Shown: positions 17,577 through 26,632 of the stretch, piece after piece
How positions within the stretch are numbered: the stretch's first letter is position 1
How the letters are laid out: each line of letters starts with the position of its first letter
Assembly: GCA_964291675.2 (NCBI GenBank)
Contig: OZ219866.1
Location: forward strand, 2,560,001-2,624,000
DNA length: 64,000 nucleotides
Reading direction: 5' to 3'
DNA from: Alphaproteobacteria bacterium
GTDB taxonomy: Bacteria > Pseudomonadota > Alphaproteobacteria > MPNO01
Notes under the pieces: generated by a model
Database searches by the model: none
Seen by the model: the letters and a program-made list of their open reading frames with translations, nothing else
What the model was told of the DNA's origin: nothing
Made by a program: the position numbers and the translations under genes

Positions 17577-20468
17577 TTATGCCGCGTAGACCTTGCAGAG
17601 AGTCGTCTTCGTCTCCTGCATCAGCGTGACCGAATCGTAGCCGTAGGTCTGCGCGGTGTTGCTGCTCTCGCCCAGCACGAAGGGGTCGGCGCCCTCGGGA
17701 TATTTGTGCCGGAGGTCCTTGCCCTGGAAATGCCCGCCGAAGTGGAAGGGCATGAACACCACCCCGGCCCCGACGCGTTCGGTGACCATGGCCATGACCT
17801 TGACCTTGGCCCCCTCGGCACCTTCGACCCAGACCTGCGCCCCGTTCCTGACGCCGAGATCGTTGGCGTCGCGCGGGTTGATCTCCACGAACATGTCCTG
17901 CTGAAGCTCGGCGAGCCAGCGGTTGGACCGCGACTCGTCGCCGCCGCCCTCGTACTCGACGAGACGGCCCGAGGTGAGGATCAGCGGATAGTCCTTGGAG
18001 AAATCCTGCTTCTGGATCGAGGCGTACATGGTGGGCAGGCGGTAGAGCTTGCGATCCGAATAGGTCGGATAGTCCTTCACCAGATCGCGGTCCGGAGCGT
18101 AGAGCGGCTCCCTGTGCAGCGGGATCGGATCCGGGAAGTTCCACACCACCGCGCGCGCCTTGGCGTTGCCGAACGGCGCGCACTCATGCTTGATGGCGAC
18201 CCGCTGGATGCCGCCCGAAAGGTCGGTCTTCCAGTTGGTCTTCGCACCGGCCACGGCGTCGATCGCGGCACGCTCCTCCGCCGTCAGGTCCTTGTCCCAT
18301 CCCAGGTCCATCAGCATCTGCATGGTGAACTCGGGATAGCCGTCCTGGATCTCCGAACCGGCCGAGTACACGCCCTCGGCCAGCAGGTTCTGGCCGTTGC
18401 GCTCCACGCCGAACCGGGCGCGGAAGGTCAGCCCGCCCTCCGAGACACGCTTGGACATGTCGTAGAGGTTGGGGGTGCCGGGATGCCCCATCTTGGCGGT
18501 GCCCCAGCAGGGCCACGGCATGCCGTAATAATCGCCGTCCGCCGGTCCGCCCACGGCCTGCAGCGTCGTCTTGTCGAACGTGTGCTGGTTGGCCATGTGC
18601 AGCTTGAGACGCTCCGGCGACTGGCCGGTATAGCCGATGGTCCACATGCCGGCGTTGATCTCGAGGGTGATGTCCTCGACGCTCGGCTCGTCGCCGTCCA
18701 GCTTGATGTTGCGGAAGAACCGGTCCGCCCAGCCGAACTTCTTGGCGAACTTCGCCATGATCACCTGGTCGGGCAGGCTCTCGAACACCGGCTCGACGAC
18801 CTTTTCGCGCCACTGGATCGAGCGGTTCGACGCGGTCACCGACCCGTAGGTTTCGAACTGGGTCGAGGCCGGCAGCAGGTAGACCCCGTCGGTGCGGTCG
18901 TGAAGCACCGCGGAGACGGTGGGATACGGGTCGATCACGACCAGCATGTCCAGCTTCTCCATGGCGGTCTTCATTTCCACCAGGCGGGTCTGCGAGTTGG
19001 GGGCGTGGCCCCACAGCACCATGGCCCGGACGTTGTCCGGCTGGTCCATGTTCTTCTTGTCTTCCAGAACGCCGTCGATCCATCGGGACACCGGGATGCC
19101 CTTCAGGTTCATCAGCTTCTTTTCCTTGCCGTCGGCGGTCTTGAGCGTCGCGAACTGCCCCTTGAGCCAGTCCAGATCCTCCTTCCAGACCCGCGCCCAG
19201 TGCGCCCAGGCGCCGGCCGAGAGGCCGTAATAGCCGGGCAGGGTGTGGGACAGGATGCCGAGGTCGGTGGCGCCCTGGACGTTGTCATGGCCGCGGAAGA
19301 TGTTGGTGCCGCCGCCCGTGGTGCCCATGTTGCCCAGCGCCAGCTGCAGCACGCAGTAGGCCCGCGTGTTGTTGTTGCCGTTGGTGTGCTGGGTGCCGCC
19401 CATGCACCAGATCACGGTGCCGGGGCGGTGGTTGGCCATGGTGCGGGCGACGCGGCGAAGCTGCGAGCCGGGCGTGCCGGTCACGCGTTCGACCTCCGCC
19501 GGGTTCCACTTCTTCACCTCCTCGCGGATCTGCTCCATGCCCCAGACCCGGGTGCGGATGAACTCCTTGTCCTCCCACCCGTTCTCGAAGAGATGCCAGA
19601 GAATGCCCCAGATCAGCGCCACGTCCGAGCCCGGGCGGAACCGCACGTACTCGTCGGCATGCGCCGCGGTGCGGGTGAATCTCGGGTCGCAGACGATCAG
19701 CGGCGCGTTGTTCTGCTCCTTCGCCCTGAGCACGTGCAGCAGCGAGACCGGATGGGCCTCCGCCGGGTTGCCGCCGATCAGGAAGATCGCGCGGCTGTTG
19801 TGGATGTCGTTGTAGGAGTTGGTCATGGCGCCGTAGCCCCATGTGTTGGCAACTCCCGCGACCGTGGTGGAGTGGCAGATCCGCGCCTGGTGGTCGACGT
19901 TGTTCGAGCCCCAGTAGGCGGCGAACTTGCGGAACAGATAGGCCTGCTCGTTGGAGAACTTGGCCGAGCCCAGCCAGTAGACGCTGTCCGGCCCGCTCTC
20001 CTTGCGGATCTGCATCATGCCGTCGCCGATCTCGGCGATCGCCTGGTCCCAGCTGATCCGCTGCCACTTCCCGCCGGCCTTCTTCATCGGGTATTTGAGC
20101 CGGCGTTCGCCGTTGGCGTGCTCGCGCACCGCCGCGCCCTTGGCGCAATGGGCGCCGAGGTTGAACGGGCTGTCCCAGCCGGGCTCCTGGCCGACCCAGA
20201 CGCCGTTATTGACCTCCGCCATCACGGTGCAGCCGACCGAGCAATGGGTGCACACCGACTTGGCGGTCTTCACCGCCCCCTGGACGGCTTTCTGCGCGCT
20301 CGCCCCGGTGACCATCCCGCCGGTCGCGCCGATCGCCGCCAGCCCGCCGATGGCGAGGCCGGAGCCGCGGATGAAGGTCCGCCGGTCGACCGATGTCTGC
20401 GAAATGTTCGAAAGGAGCGAAGTCCGCTGGGGGCGTCTCGCAACCCCGTTGGTCTTTTTCCTCAACAT
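17577..20468 (-). CDS. Formate dehydrogenase alpha subunit (Mo/W-bisPGD, Tat-exported, Cys ligand)
   Basis: DRRTFI Tat motif; CTHCSVGC...C 4Fe-4S motif; DHQARICHS; RGHDNVQG. Confidence 0.96.
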   Translation of the reverse strand: MLRKKTNGVARRPQRTSLLSNISQTSVDRRTFIRGSGLAIGGLAAIGATGGMVTGASAQKAVQGAVKTAKSVCTHCSVGCTVMAEVNNGVWVGQEPGWDSPFNLGAHCAKGAAVREHANGERRLKYPMKKAGGKWQRISWDQAIAEIGDGMMQIRKESGPDSVYWLGSAKFSNEQAYLFRKFAAYWGSNNVDHQARICHSTTVAGVANTWGYGAMTNSYNDIHNSRAIFLIGGNPAEAHPVSLLHVLRAKEQNNAPLIVCDPRFTRTAAHADEYVRFRPGSDVALIWGILWHLFENGWEDKEFIRTRVWGMEQIREEVKKWNPAEVERVTGTPGSQLRRVARTMANHRPGTVIWCMGGTQHTNGNNNTRAYCVLQLALGNMGTTGGGTNIFRGHDNVQGATDLGILSHTLPGYYGLSAGAWAHWARVWKEDLDWLKGQFATLKTADGKEKKLMNLKGIPVSRWIDGVLEDKKNMDQPDNVRAMVLWGHAPNSQTRLVEMKTAMEKLDMLVVIDPYPTVSAVLHDRTDGVYLLPASTQFETYGSVTASNRSIQWREKVVEPVFESLPDQVIMAKFAKKFGWADRFFRNIKLDGDEPSVEDITLEINAGMWTIGYTGQSPERLKLHMANQHTFDKTTLQAVGGPADGDYYGMPWPCWGTAKMGHPGTPNLYDMSKRVSEGGLTFRARFGVERNGQNLLAEGVYSAGSEIQDGYPEFTMQMLMDLGWDKDLTAEERAAIDAVAGAKTNWKTDLSGGIQRVAIKHECAPFGNAKARAVVWNFPDPIPLHREPLYAPDRDLVKDYPTYSDRKLYRLPTMYASIQKQDFSKDYPLILTSGRLVEYEGGGDESRSNRWLAELQQDMFVEINPRDANDLGVRNGAQVWVEGAEGAKVKVMAMVTERVGAGVVFMPFHFGGHFQGKDLRHKYPEGADPFVLGESSNTAQTYGYDSVTLMQETKTTLCKVYAA

Positions 20469-20573
20469 TTTCTGTCTCCCTGCGGCGCCCCGGCTAGGCC
20501 GGGCCGCCTGGTTTCGCGTCGCGACGGCAAAGGGGCGTCTCGCAACCCTCCGCCGTCCCTCCGACCGGACGGG

Positions 20574-20765
20574 TCAGAAGCGGGCGCTCTCGAAATAGGC
20601 GCGGGTATGAGGCGTGTCCCGCAGCCCTTCGCCGGTGTCCTCCACCGTCGCCGCCTCGGCCACGGTCCCCGTGGCGGCCGCCACGGCGGCTGCCGGAACC
20701 GATAGCGAGGCGAGCTTGAGGAAGTCGCGGCGTTTCGTCGGTTCGCCCTTTGTTCCGTTGGGCAT
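20574..20765 (-). CDS. Small twin-arginine signal protein of FDH operons
   Basis: GGAGGAGG RBS; KRRDFLKLA; ends HTRAYFESARF. Confidence 0.85.
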   Translation of the reverse strand: MPNGTKGEPTKRRDFLKLASLSVPAAAVAAATGTVAEAATVEDTGEGLRDTPHTRAYFESARF

Positions 20766-20818
20766 TGATCCTCCTCCATTGAGTCGGACCGACAATAGCA
20801 CAGGTTTTCTTATGGGTG

Positions 20819-21427
20819 CTAGCCGGAAATCAGACGGAAGGCCTCTTTTTCGATCTCCATGAAGGCCCGCCCGGCCGACCCCACCGGCGCGTAAAACACC
20901 GAATTCCTTGCGCTTTCCAGGTCGGCGAAGAAATGGCCGGCCCACGGCTCGACATGCCGGTCGAAGAATCCCTTCGAGCGCTCAAGCGGCACCGGCGCGC
21001 CGAACCGCCCGACGATCATCCCGGCCATCATCTCGAGCAGGCTGGCGATGTGGTCCTCGGGCTCGAAGACGTCGTCGGCGCGGACGATGCCGAGCGCCTT
21101 CATGTCCTCCCTGAGCACGGCCAGCGGCTTCTCGTTGAGGAAGCCGGTGAGGTAGTAGCTGCCATAGGGCAGCAGCTCGCCGCGGCCGAGCCCGACGAAC
21201 AGCGTGTTGTACTCGTCCTCGACCGCGCCGGGCGTGGTCGCGCCGGCGATCCGCCCGAGCGTCCGGATCGCGCGCCCGACCTCGCTGTCGTCGCCGGCGA
21301 GCGCGGCCGACTTGCGCAGCAACTCCGCGTCGGGCGGCCGGGCCAGCAGCGCGGCCAGGAAGTCGTACATGCCGGCGCGCAGCCGGTCCTCTTCCGGGAT
21401 GCGCGCGTCGGTCTCGGCCTGCGTCAT
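20819..21427 (-). CDS. TorD/DmsD family molybdoenzyme chaperone
   Basis: LFVGLGRGELLPYGSYYLTGFL, EPEDHIASLLE. Confidence 0.92.
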   Translation of the reverse strand: MTQAETDARIPEEDRLRAGMYDFLAALLARPPDAELLRKSAALAGDDSEVGRAIRTLGRIAGATTPGAVEDEYNTLFVGLGRGELLPYGSYYLTGFLNEKPLAVLREDMKALGIVRADDVFEPEDHIASLLEMMAGMIVGRFGAPVPLERSKGFFDRHVEPWAGHFFADLESARNSVFYAPVGSAGRAFMEIEKEAFRLISG

Positions 21428-22062
21428 CGGTCTCGGTCTCCCGTGTCCGGGTCGGCGAAGGCGAAGCGCATGCGGCGCGCCGCCCGCGGCGCCGCCGGGA
21501 CGTCCTCCAGCCCGCCGGGCGGCGGGTCCTCCGCGGCGGTCTCCGCCGCCGCGCCGCCGTGCCCGGGCGCCTCGTCCGGCGGCGCGGCGTTCTCGTCCTC
21601 GTCGCGCTCCTCGGCCTCGGGGGGCGCCGCGTCGTCGGCCTCGTCGGCCTCGTCGGCGTCGGCGGCCTCGGCGAGGTCCTCGTCGCGCAGCATCCCCTTG
21701 CCCACCCGGTAGACCGACTGGAGGTCGGCCATCACCGTGGCGGCGTCGCTGAAATCCTCGCCGTAATCGAGCAGCTCGTCGAGATTGGCGAGCACCGGGT
21801 TGGAGAGCCAGAGCCGGCGCAGCGCGCGGCGGCGCAGCCGCTCCGGCACCGCCTTGGCCATGAAGGCGGCGAAGTCGTCGCCCTCGCCGAGCGTGTCGGG
21901 GTCGGGCAGGTCGAGCTCGGCCAGCACCTCCTCGTCGGGCCGGTCCTCCAGCGCGCGGCGCTCGGCTTCCGCCCCGGCGTCGTCGCGGGCCGCTTCCCGG
22001 GCGCGCCTCTCCGCCTCGACCGCTTCCTTGCGGCGGGTCCAGAAATCGCCGCGCTCGCTCAA
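21424..22062 (-). CDS. DUF3306-family protein
   Basis: TTG start; FWTRRK, LPDPDTL, LRRRALRRLW..NPVLANLDELLDYGEDF; acidic tail. Confidence 0.85.
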   Translation of the reverse strand: MSERGDFWTRRKEAVEAERRAREAARDDAGAEAERRALEDRPDEEVLAELDLPDPDTLGEGDDFAAFMAKAVPERLRRRALRRLWLSNPVLANLDELLDYGEDFSDAATVMADLQSVYRVGKGMLRDEDLAEAADADEADEADDAAPPEAEERDEDENAAPPDEAPGHGGAAAETAAEDPPPGGLEDVPAAPRAARRMRFAFADPDTGDRDR

Positions 22063-22646
22063 TGCACCCGCTCCCCGCCCGGCCGGCGCGGCGCCCGGTA
22101 GACGTCGGTGAGCTGGCGGATGCGCGGATCGCCCCGGCCGTCCTCCGCCTCGCCCTCTTTGCGGTTGTCGCGCTTGCGCTTGACGAACGCCTCGTCCTCG
22201 TGGTGCCGGTCGACGAAGTCGCGCACCAGCGCCGCCAGGGCTTCCGGCATCGGCACCTGCTCGACGATCTCCTCGCCGCTGTCGAGATAGTCCTGCGCCT
22301 CGTAGGGCGAGGCGGTGGCCAGCAGCACCTCGACCGGCCGGGCCTCGTCCCCGGCCTCGCGCAGCACCACATAGACCGCCGGCACCTCGGTGGTCAGCTC
22401 GGCGAGATAGGCTTCGGTGTCGGACGGCCAGAGCTCCATCGCCACGGTGGCGGCGTGGTACTCGACGGTCTCGCCCTCGCGGCGCAGCTCCAGCCAGTCC
22501 GCCTCGCCCGCGCCCGGCAGCACCGCGACCACCCGCCACGACCAGCGCGCCCAGCGGGTGACGCCGGGGGATCTGCGGATCACCACGCCGAGCGGCACGG
22601 AGGTGTCGCTCGGGTGCATGACCCGCACCGCTTTCTGCTCGGACAA
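22059..22646 (-). CDS. DUF3305-family protein
   Basis: WARWSWRVVAVLPG, TASPYEAQDYLD, EAFVKRKRD; paired with DUF3306. Confidence 0.85.
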   Translation of the reverse strand: MSEQKAVRVMHPSDTSVPLGVVIRRSPGVTRWARWSWRVVAVLPGAGEADWLELRREGETVEYHAATVAMELWPSDTEAYLAELTTEVPAVYVVLREAGDEARPVEVLLATASPYEAQDYLDSGEEIVEQVPMPEALAALVRDFVDRHHEDEAFVKRKRDNRKEGEAEDGRGDPRIRQLTDVYRAPRRPGGERVH

Positions 22647-22774
22647 GCCCGGCTCCCGGCCGTGAAGACCGGCGGATTATGGTCGAACCCGCCGGGCGGA
22701 GCCACCCTCGGGACCGGAGTTCGCGCTCGAACTCCGCCCGGGTTCATCCGCGCGGGCATGGACGAAAAGGCGCG

Positions 22775-22898
22775 TCCTTCGATACGCCCGCCTGCGGCGG
22801 GCTACTCAGGATGAGGGCGGGTCGTTGGGGCGGGTGAGGCCCCAAGGAACACACCTCATCCCGAGTAGGCCCCGCAGGGGCCGTATCGAGGGACGCCC
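22775..22898. repeat. Inverted pair of type-B palindromic repeats (CCTCATCCCGAG...CGTATCGAGGGACG)
   Basis: TCCTTCGATACG...CTCAGGATGAGG followed by CCTCATCCCGAG...CGTATCGAGGGACGCC. Confidence 0.85.
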
Positions 22899-22982
22899 GC
22901 CAACCGCCTTGCCAGCCGTGCCTTCGCGGGCCTAGGCTGCGCCACGCCAACCGTACCGGGCCGCCGGGCCGGGGAGGATGCG

Positions 22983-24944
22983 TTGCCGAAAACCCTCGTT
23001 CTGTGCGACTGCCTGGGCAGCCAGGCGGTCGACCGCGACGCCATCGCGACCGATGCCGAGGTCGTGTGCACGCGCATCCACTCGGCGCTGTGCACGACCG
23101 AGATCGAGGAGGCCGCGAAGGCGATCGCCGGCGGCGAGGCGATCCTCGCCTGCCAGCAGGAGCGCCCGCGCTTCGAGGAGCTGGCCGACGAGATCGGCGC
23201 CCCGATGCCGGATTTCGTCGACATCCGCGACCGCGCCGGCTGGTCGGACGAGGCGGTCGATGCCGGCCCCAAGCAGGCCGCCCTGGTGGCCGAGGCGCTG
23301 CTGCCGCCCGCCGCGGCGCGCACCGTCGACGTCGAGTCCGAGGGGCGCTGCCTGATCCTCGGCAAGTCGGCGGTCGCGCTGCCCGCCGCCGAGCGGCTGT
23401 CGGCCACGCTCGCGGTGACGGTGCTGCTGTCGGATGCCGCCGACGATCTGCCGCTCGACCGCGGCTACGACGCGATCGCCGGCAACCTGGTGCGGGCCTC
23501 GGGCGCGCTCGGCGGCTTCGGCCTGCGCATCGACGGGTTCCGCCAGGTCGAGCCCGGCGGGCGCGGCGGCTTCCGGCTGACCGAGCCGCGCGACGGCGCG
23601 CGGTCCGAATGCGACCTGATCCTCGACCTCTCCGGCGGGACTCCGCTGTTCCCGGCGCACGCCAAGCGCGAGGGCTATCTGCGGGCCGACCCGCGCGATC
23701 CCAATGCGGTGGCGGCGGCGGTGTTCGAGGCCGGCCAGGCGGTCGGCACCTTCGAGAAGCCGCTCTACGTGCGCCTCGACGAGACGCTCTGCGCGCATTC
23801 GCGGGCCGGCCAGCCGGGCTGCTCCAAATGCCTCGATTCCTGCCCGACCTCGGCGATCGCGCCGGCCGGCGACCATGTGGCGCTCGACCCCATGGTCTGC
23901 GCCGGCTGCGGCGCCTGCGCGGCGCTCTGCCCGTCGGGCGCGATCTCCTACGACGCGCCGCCGTCGGCGGCGCTCTACCGGCGCATGGAGACGCTGGCCT
24001 CTTCCTTCCGCGCGGCCGGCGGGGCGGCGCCGCGCCTGCTGGTGCTCGATTCCGAATTCGGCGCCGAGATGGTGGCGCTGTTCGCCCGCTTCGGCCGCGG
24101 CCTGCCCGCCGACGCGATCCCGCTGGAGCTGGAGACGCTGGCCCGTTTCGGCCATGCCGAGATGCTGGCGGCGCTGGCCCTCGGCTTCGCCCATGTCGAC
24201 ATCCTGCTGGCGCCCGCGACCGAGCGCGAGGTGCTGGAAGGCGAGATGGCGCTGGCCGCGGCGATGGGCGGCGAGGGGCGTCTCCGCCTGCTCGATCTCG
24301 GCGATCCCGACGCGCTCGGCGAGGCGCTCTACGATGCGGAGACCCCGCCGCCGGCGGCCGAGCCGGTTTTGCCGATGGGCTCGCGCCGCCAGGTGGCGCG
24401 GCTCGCCGCCAAGGCGCTGAACCCCGGCAGCGCCGACGTCCTCGACCTGCCCGCGGGCGCGCCCTACGGCGCGATCGAGGTCGACAAGGAGGCGTGCACG
24501 CTCTGCCTCGCCTGCGTCTCGCTCTGCCCGTCGGGCGCGCTCGCCGACAACCCGGACAAGCCGCAGCTCCGCTTCCAGGAGGATGCCTGCCTGCAATGCG
24601 GGCTGTGCCGCCAGGTCTGCCCGGAGAACGCGGTGACGCTGGTCCCGCAATTCGACCTCTCCGACGCGGCGTTCGACCAGCAGGTGCTGAACGAGGAAGA
24701 GCCCTACGCGTGCATCGAATGCGGCAAGCCCTTCGGGGTGAAGTCGACGGTCGAGCGAATCGTCGCCCAGCTCGCCGGCAAGCACTCGATGTTCGAGAGC
24801 GAGCAGGCCTCCCGCATGATCCGCATGTGCGACGACTGCCGCATCGGCGCGCAGTACCATTCCGAGAACAACCCCTTCGCCGCCGGCGACCGCCCCCGCG
24901 TGCGCGTCACCGACGACTATTTCTCCAAGCGCCGGGATCACTGA
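22983..24944 (+). CDS. Multi-4Fe-4S protein of the FDH accessory cluster
   Basis: LCDC N-terminus; CSKCLDSCP, CAGCGAC, CTLCLAC, CLQCGLC, CIECG, MCDDC. Confidence 0.92.
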   Translation: MPKTLVLCDCLGSQAVDRDAIATDAEVVCTRIHSALCTTEIEEAAKAIAGGEAILACQQERPRFEELADEIGAPMPDFVDIRDRAGWSDEAVDAGPKQAALVAEALLPPAAARTVDVESEGRCLILGKSAVALPAAERLSATLAVTVLLSDAADDLPLDRGYDAIAGNLVRASGALGGFGLRIDGFRQVEPGGRGGFRLTEPRDGARSECDLILDLSGGTPLFPAHAKREGYLRADPRDPNAVAAAVFEAGQAVGTFEKPLYVRLDETLCAHSRAGQPGCSKCLDSCPTSAIAPAGDHVALDPMVCAGCGACAALCPSGAISYDAPPSAALYRRMETLASSFRAAGGAAPRLLVLDSEFGAEMVALFARFGRGLPADAIPLELETLARFGHAEMLAALALGFAHVDILLAPATEREVLEGEMALAAAMGGEGRLRLLDLGDPDALGEALYDAETPPPAAEPVLPMGSRRQVARLAAKALNPGSADVLDLPAGAPYGAIEVDKEACTLCLACVSLCPSGALADNPDKPQLRFQEDACLQCGLCRQVCPENAVTLVPQFDLSDAAFDQQVLNEEEPYACIECGKPFGVKSTVERIVAQLAGKHSMFESEQASRMIRMCDDCRIGAQYHSENNPFAAGDRPRVRVTDDYFSKRRDH

Positions 24945-25009
24945 GGGGGGGAAGGGCCGGTGTCCCGGTTGCGAAGTTCGTTGCCGTTCGATGCCCTGTC
25001 TCTCCCCCC

Positions 25010-25058
25010 GTCATGCCCGGCCCCCGGATCAAGTCCGGGGGTGATCCGGGCATCCATG
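25010..25058. repeat. Type-A REP-like palindrome carrying a nested CCCCGGATCAAGTCCGGGG hairpin
   Basis: GTCATGCCCGG-CCCCCGGATCAAGTCCGGGGG-TGATCCGGGCATCCA. Confidence 0.85.
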
Positions 25059-25211
25059 GGCGGGGCTGGGATATCTGCGCGCGCAGGCCTGAGCGGCGGT
25101 GCGCGCGGCCCGGCCGGCGCATCGGGCGCGGCGAGCGCGCGATGGTCGCGGACGAACGGGCCGCGCGCATGATCCGGGCCGCGCGCCGGTCTCGCCCCCG
25201 GCGCGGCGCGG

Positions 25212-25745
25212 CTAGGCCGCGCGCTTGCGGCGCGGTCCGCGCCAGCCCTTGGGGCTGGCGACCACGTCGAAACGGAGCGCCGGCGGCGAATCGTCGATCC
25301 GCCAGAGCCCCATCTCCACGGCGAAATGCCCGTGCGCCCCGCGGTTCAGCATCTCGATGGCGAAGCGGTGCTCGGGGATGAAGCGCTCCGCCAGCCAGAC
25401 CGAGGCGTCCGTATCCGACTGGTCGGCGCGGACCAGCAGCCTGCCGAAGCAGTCGTGCCGGGTCTCGCCGAGCTGGGCCTCGACCGCCACGACGGCGCCG
25501 CTGTCGGTGTCGCGGCAGATCAGCCCGGCGCGGTCCCGGCCGGGGACGAGCGTCCCGGTCGCCGGCGCGAACCGGTAGCCGAGCGCGGTGCCAAGGCATC
25601 GCAGGCGGTCCGGCTCGGCGAACCAGGTGGCGAAGCGGGACCGGTCGCCGTCCAGCAGGGTGTCGAAGCCGACGCGGTGCCAGTCGCCGAAACGGGGATA
25701 TGTCATGCTGCCTGTCTCCATGTTGCCGATGGGTGGCGGCCACAA
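25212..25745 (-). CDS. Degenerate PD-(D/E)xK-like protein resembling the N-terminal domain of DUF4268 proteins (possible pseudogene)
   Basis: VAVEAQLGETRHDCFGRLL...VWLAERFIPEHRFAIEMLN resembles the family pattern IENQL..TDHDHLGKLL...WIA..F..EHR.A..WLN. Confidence 0.55.
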   Translation of the reverse strand: MWPPPIGNMETGSMTYPRFGDWHRVGFDTLLDGDRSRFATWFAEPDRLRCLGTALGYRFAPATGTLVPGRDRAGLICRDTDSGAVVAVEAQLGETRHDCFGRLLVRADQSDTDASVWLAERFIPEHRFAIEMLNRGAHGHFAVEMGLWRIDDSPPALRFDVVASPKGWRGPRRKRAA

Positions 25746-25861
25746 AAAGGGGCGCCGGGGTCTCTCCCGGCGCCCATTTCGCGACCATGGAAAATATATG
25801 CCAAAACGCGTCCCATGTCAAGCACTATTTGCGATAACAGGCAATTTTCTGGCCGGGGCAC

Positions 25862-25970
25862 GACCCTCGATACGGCGCTGGAGCGCCTGTTCGGGATGCG
25901 GGAGAGTCGATGGGCGTCCCAGCCCCTCAACCCGGGTAGCCCGCCGCAGGCGGGCGTATCGAAGGACGCC
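25862..25970. repeat. Inverted pair of type-B palindromic repeats
   Basis: CCCTCGATACG...TTCGGGATGCGG and CCTCAACCCGGG...CGTATCGAAGGACGCC. Confidence 0.75.
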
Positions 25971-25977
25971 CACCGCC

Positions 25978-26295
25978 TCACCCGCCGAGCTCGTCGAACC
26001 AGGTCAGCGCCGGCAGGTTGCGGCGTCGGTGGACGATCCGGAGGATCACCGGCGCGCCGCCGGCCGCCTCGATGCGCGCGAAGAAGACGACATGCCGCCG
26101 GTAGGTCACCGAGCGCAGGCCCGGGGCGAACAGGCTGCGGTCGCGACCGCTGTCCGGATCGGCCGATATGCTCTCGAAGACCCCGACCATCCCCCGGTAG
26201 TAGTCCAGCCACCGGTCGCGGCCCCAGCGCGCCAGCGTGTAGTCGCGGATGTCGTCGAGGTCCCGCCGCGCCAGACGGGACAGCCGGATCGCCAC
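25978..26295 (-). CDS. parE: ParE/RelE family toxin
   Basis: RLSRLARRDLDDIRDYT..RWG, GLRSVTYRRHVVFF, ILRIVH. Confidence 0.9.
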   Translation of the reverse strand: MAIRLSRLARRDLDDIRDYTLARWGRDRWLDYYRGMVGVFESISADPDSGRDRSLFAPGLRSVTYRRHVVFFARIEAAGGAPVILRIVHRRRNLPALTWFDELGG

Positions 26296-26305
26296 GACGC
26301 GGCGG

Positions 26306-26554
26306 CTATTCCGGCCCGGCGCCGGGTTCGTAATCCGCCGGATCGAACTCGGCGAAGCCGCCCGCCTCCGCCTCGCTCACGGCCTCCTCCAGCTCGGCCT
26401 TGAGCGCATGGAACTGGCGGGCGCCGTCGCGTTCCATCAGCAGCCGGACCCCGGCGCGCACGACCTCGCTCAGATTGGCATAGGCGCCGGTCTCGATCTG
26501 GCGTCGAACGTAATCCTCCATCGGACGGGTGAGGTGCACGTTCGGCATGTCCAT
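26306..26554 (-). CDS. parD: ParD family (RHH) antitoxin
   Basis: NVHLTRPMEDYVRRQIETGAYANLSEVVRAGVRLL; directly upstream of parE. Confidence 0.92.
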   Translation of the reverse strand: MDMPNVHLTRPMEDYVRRQIETGAYANLSEVVRAGVRLLMERDGARQFHALKAELEEAVSEAEAGGFAEFDPADYEPGAGPE

Positions 26555-26632
26555 GCTCCGCTATGTCCAATATTGTCCGATTCTGCTATACACCGCCCCG
26601 CCGGTCAACCGCCGGCGCTCGCCCCCCAACCC

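Noticed and set aside
19800-19900. Selenocysteine recoding in FDH alpha
   Set aside because: The active site reads ARICHS with a Cys codon and the ORF has no in-frame TGA
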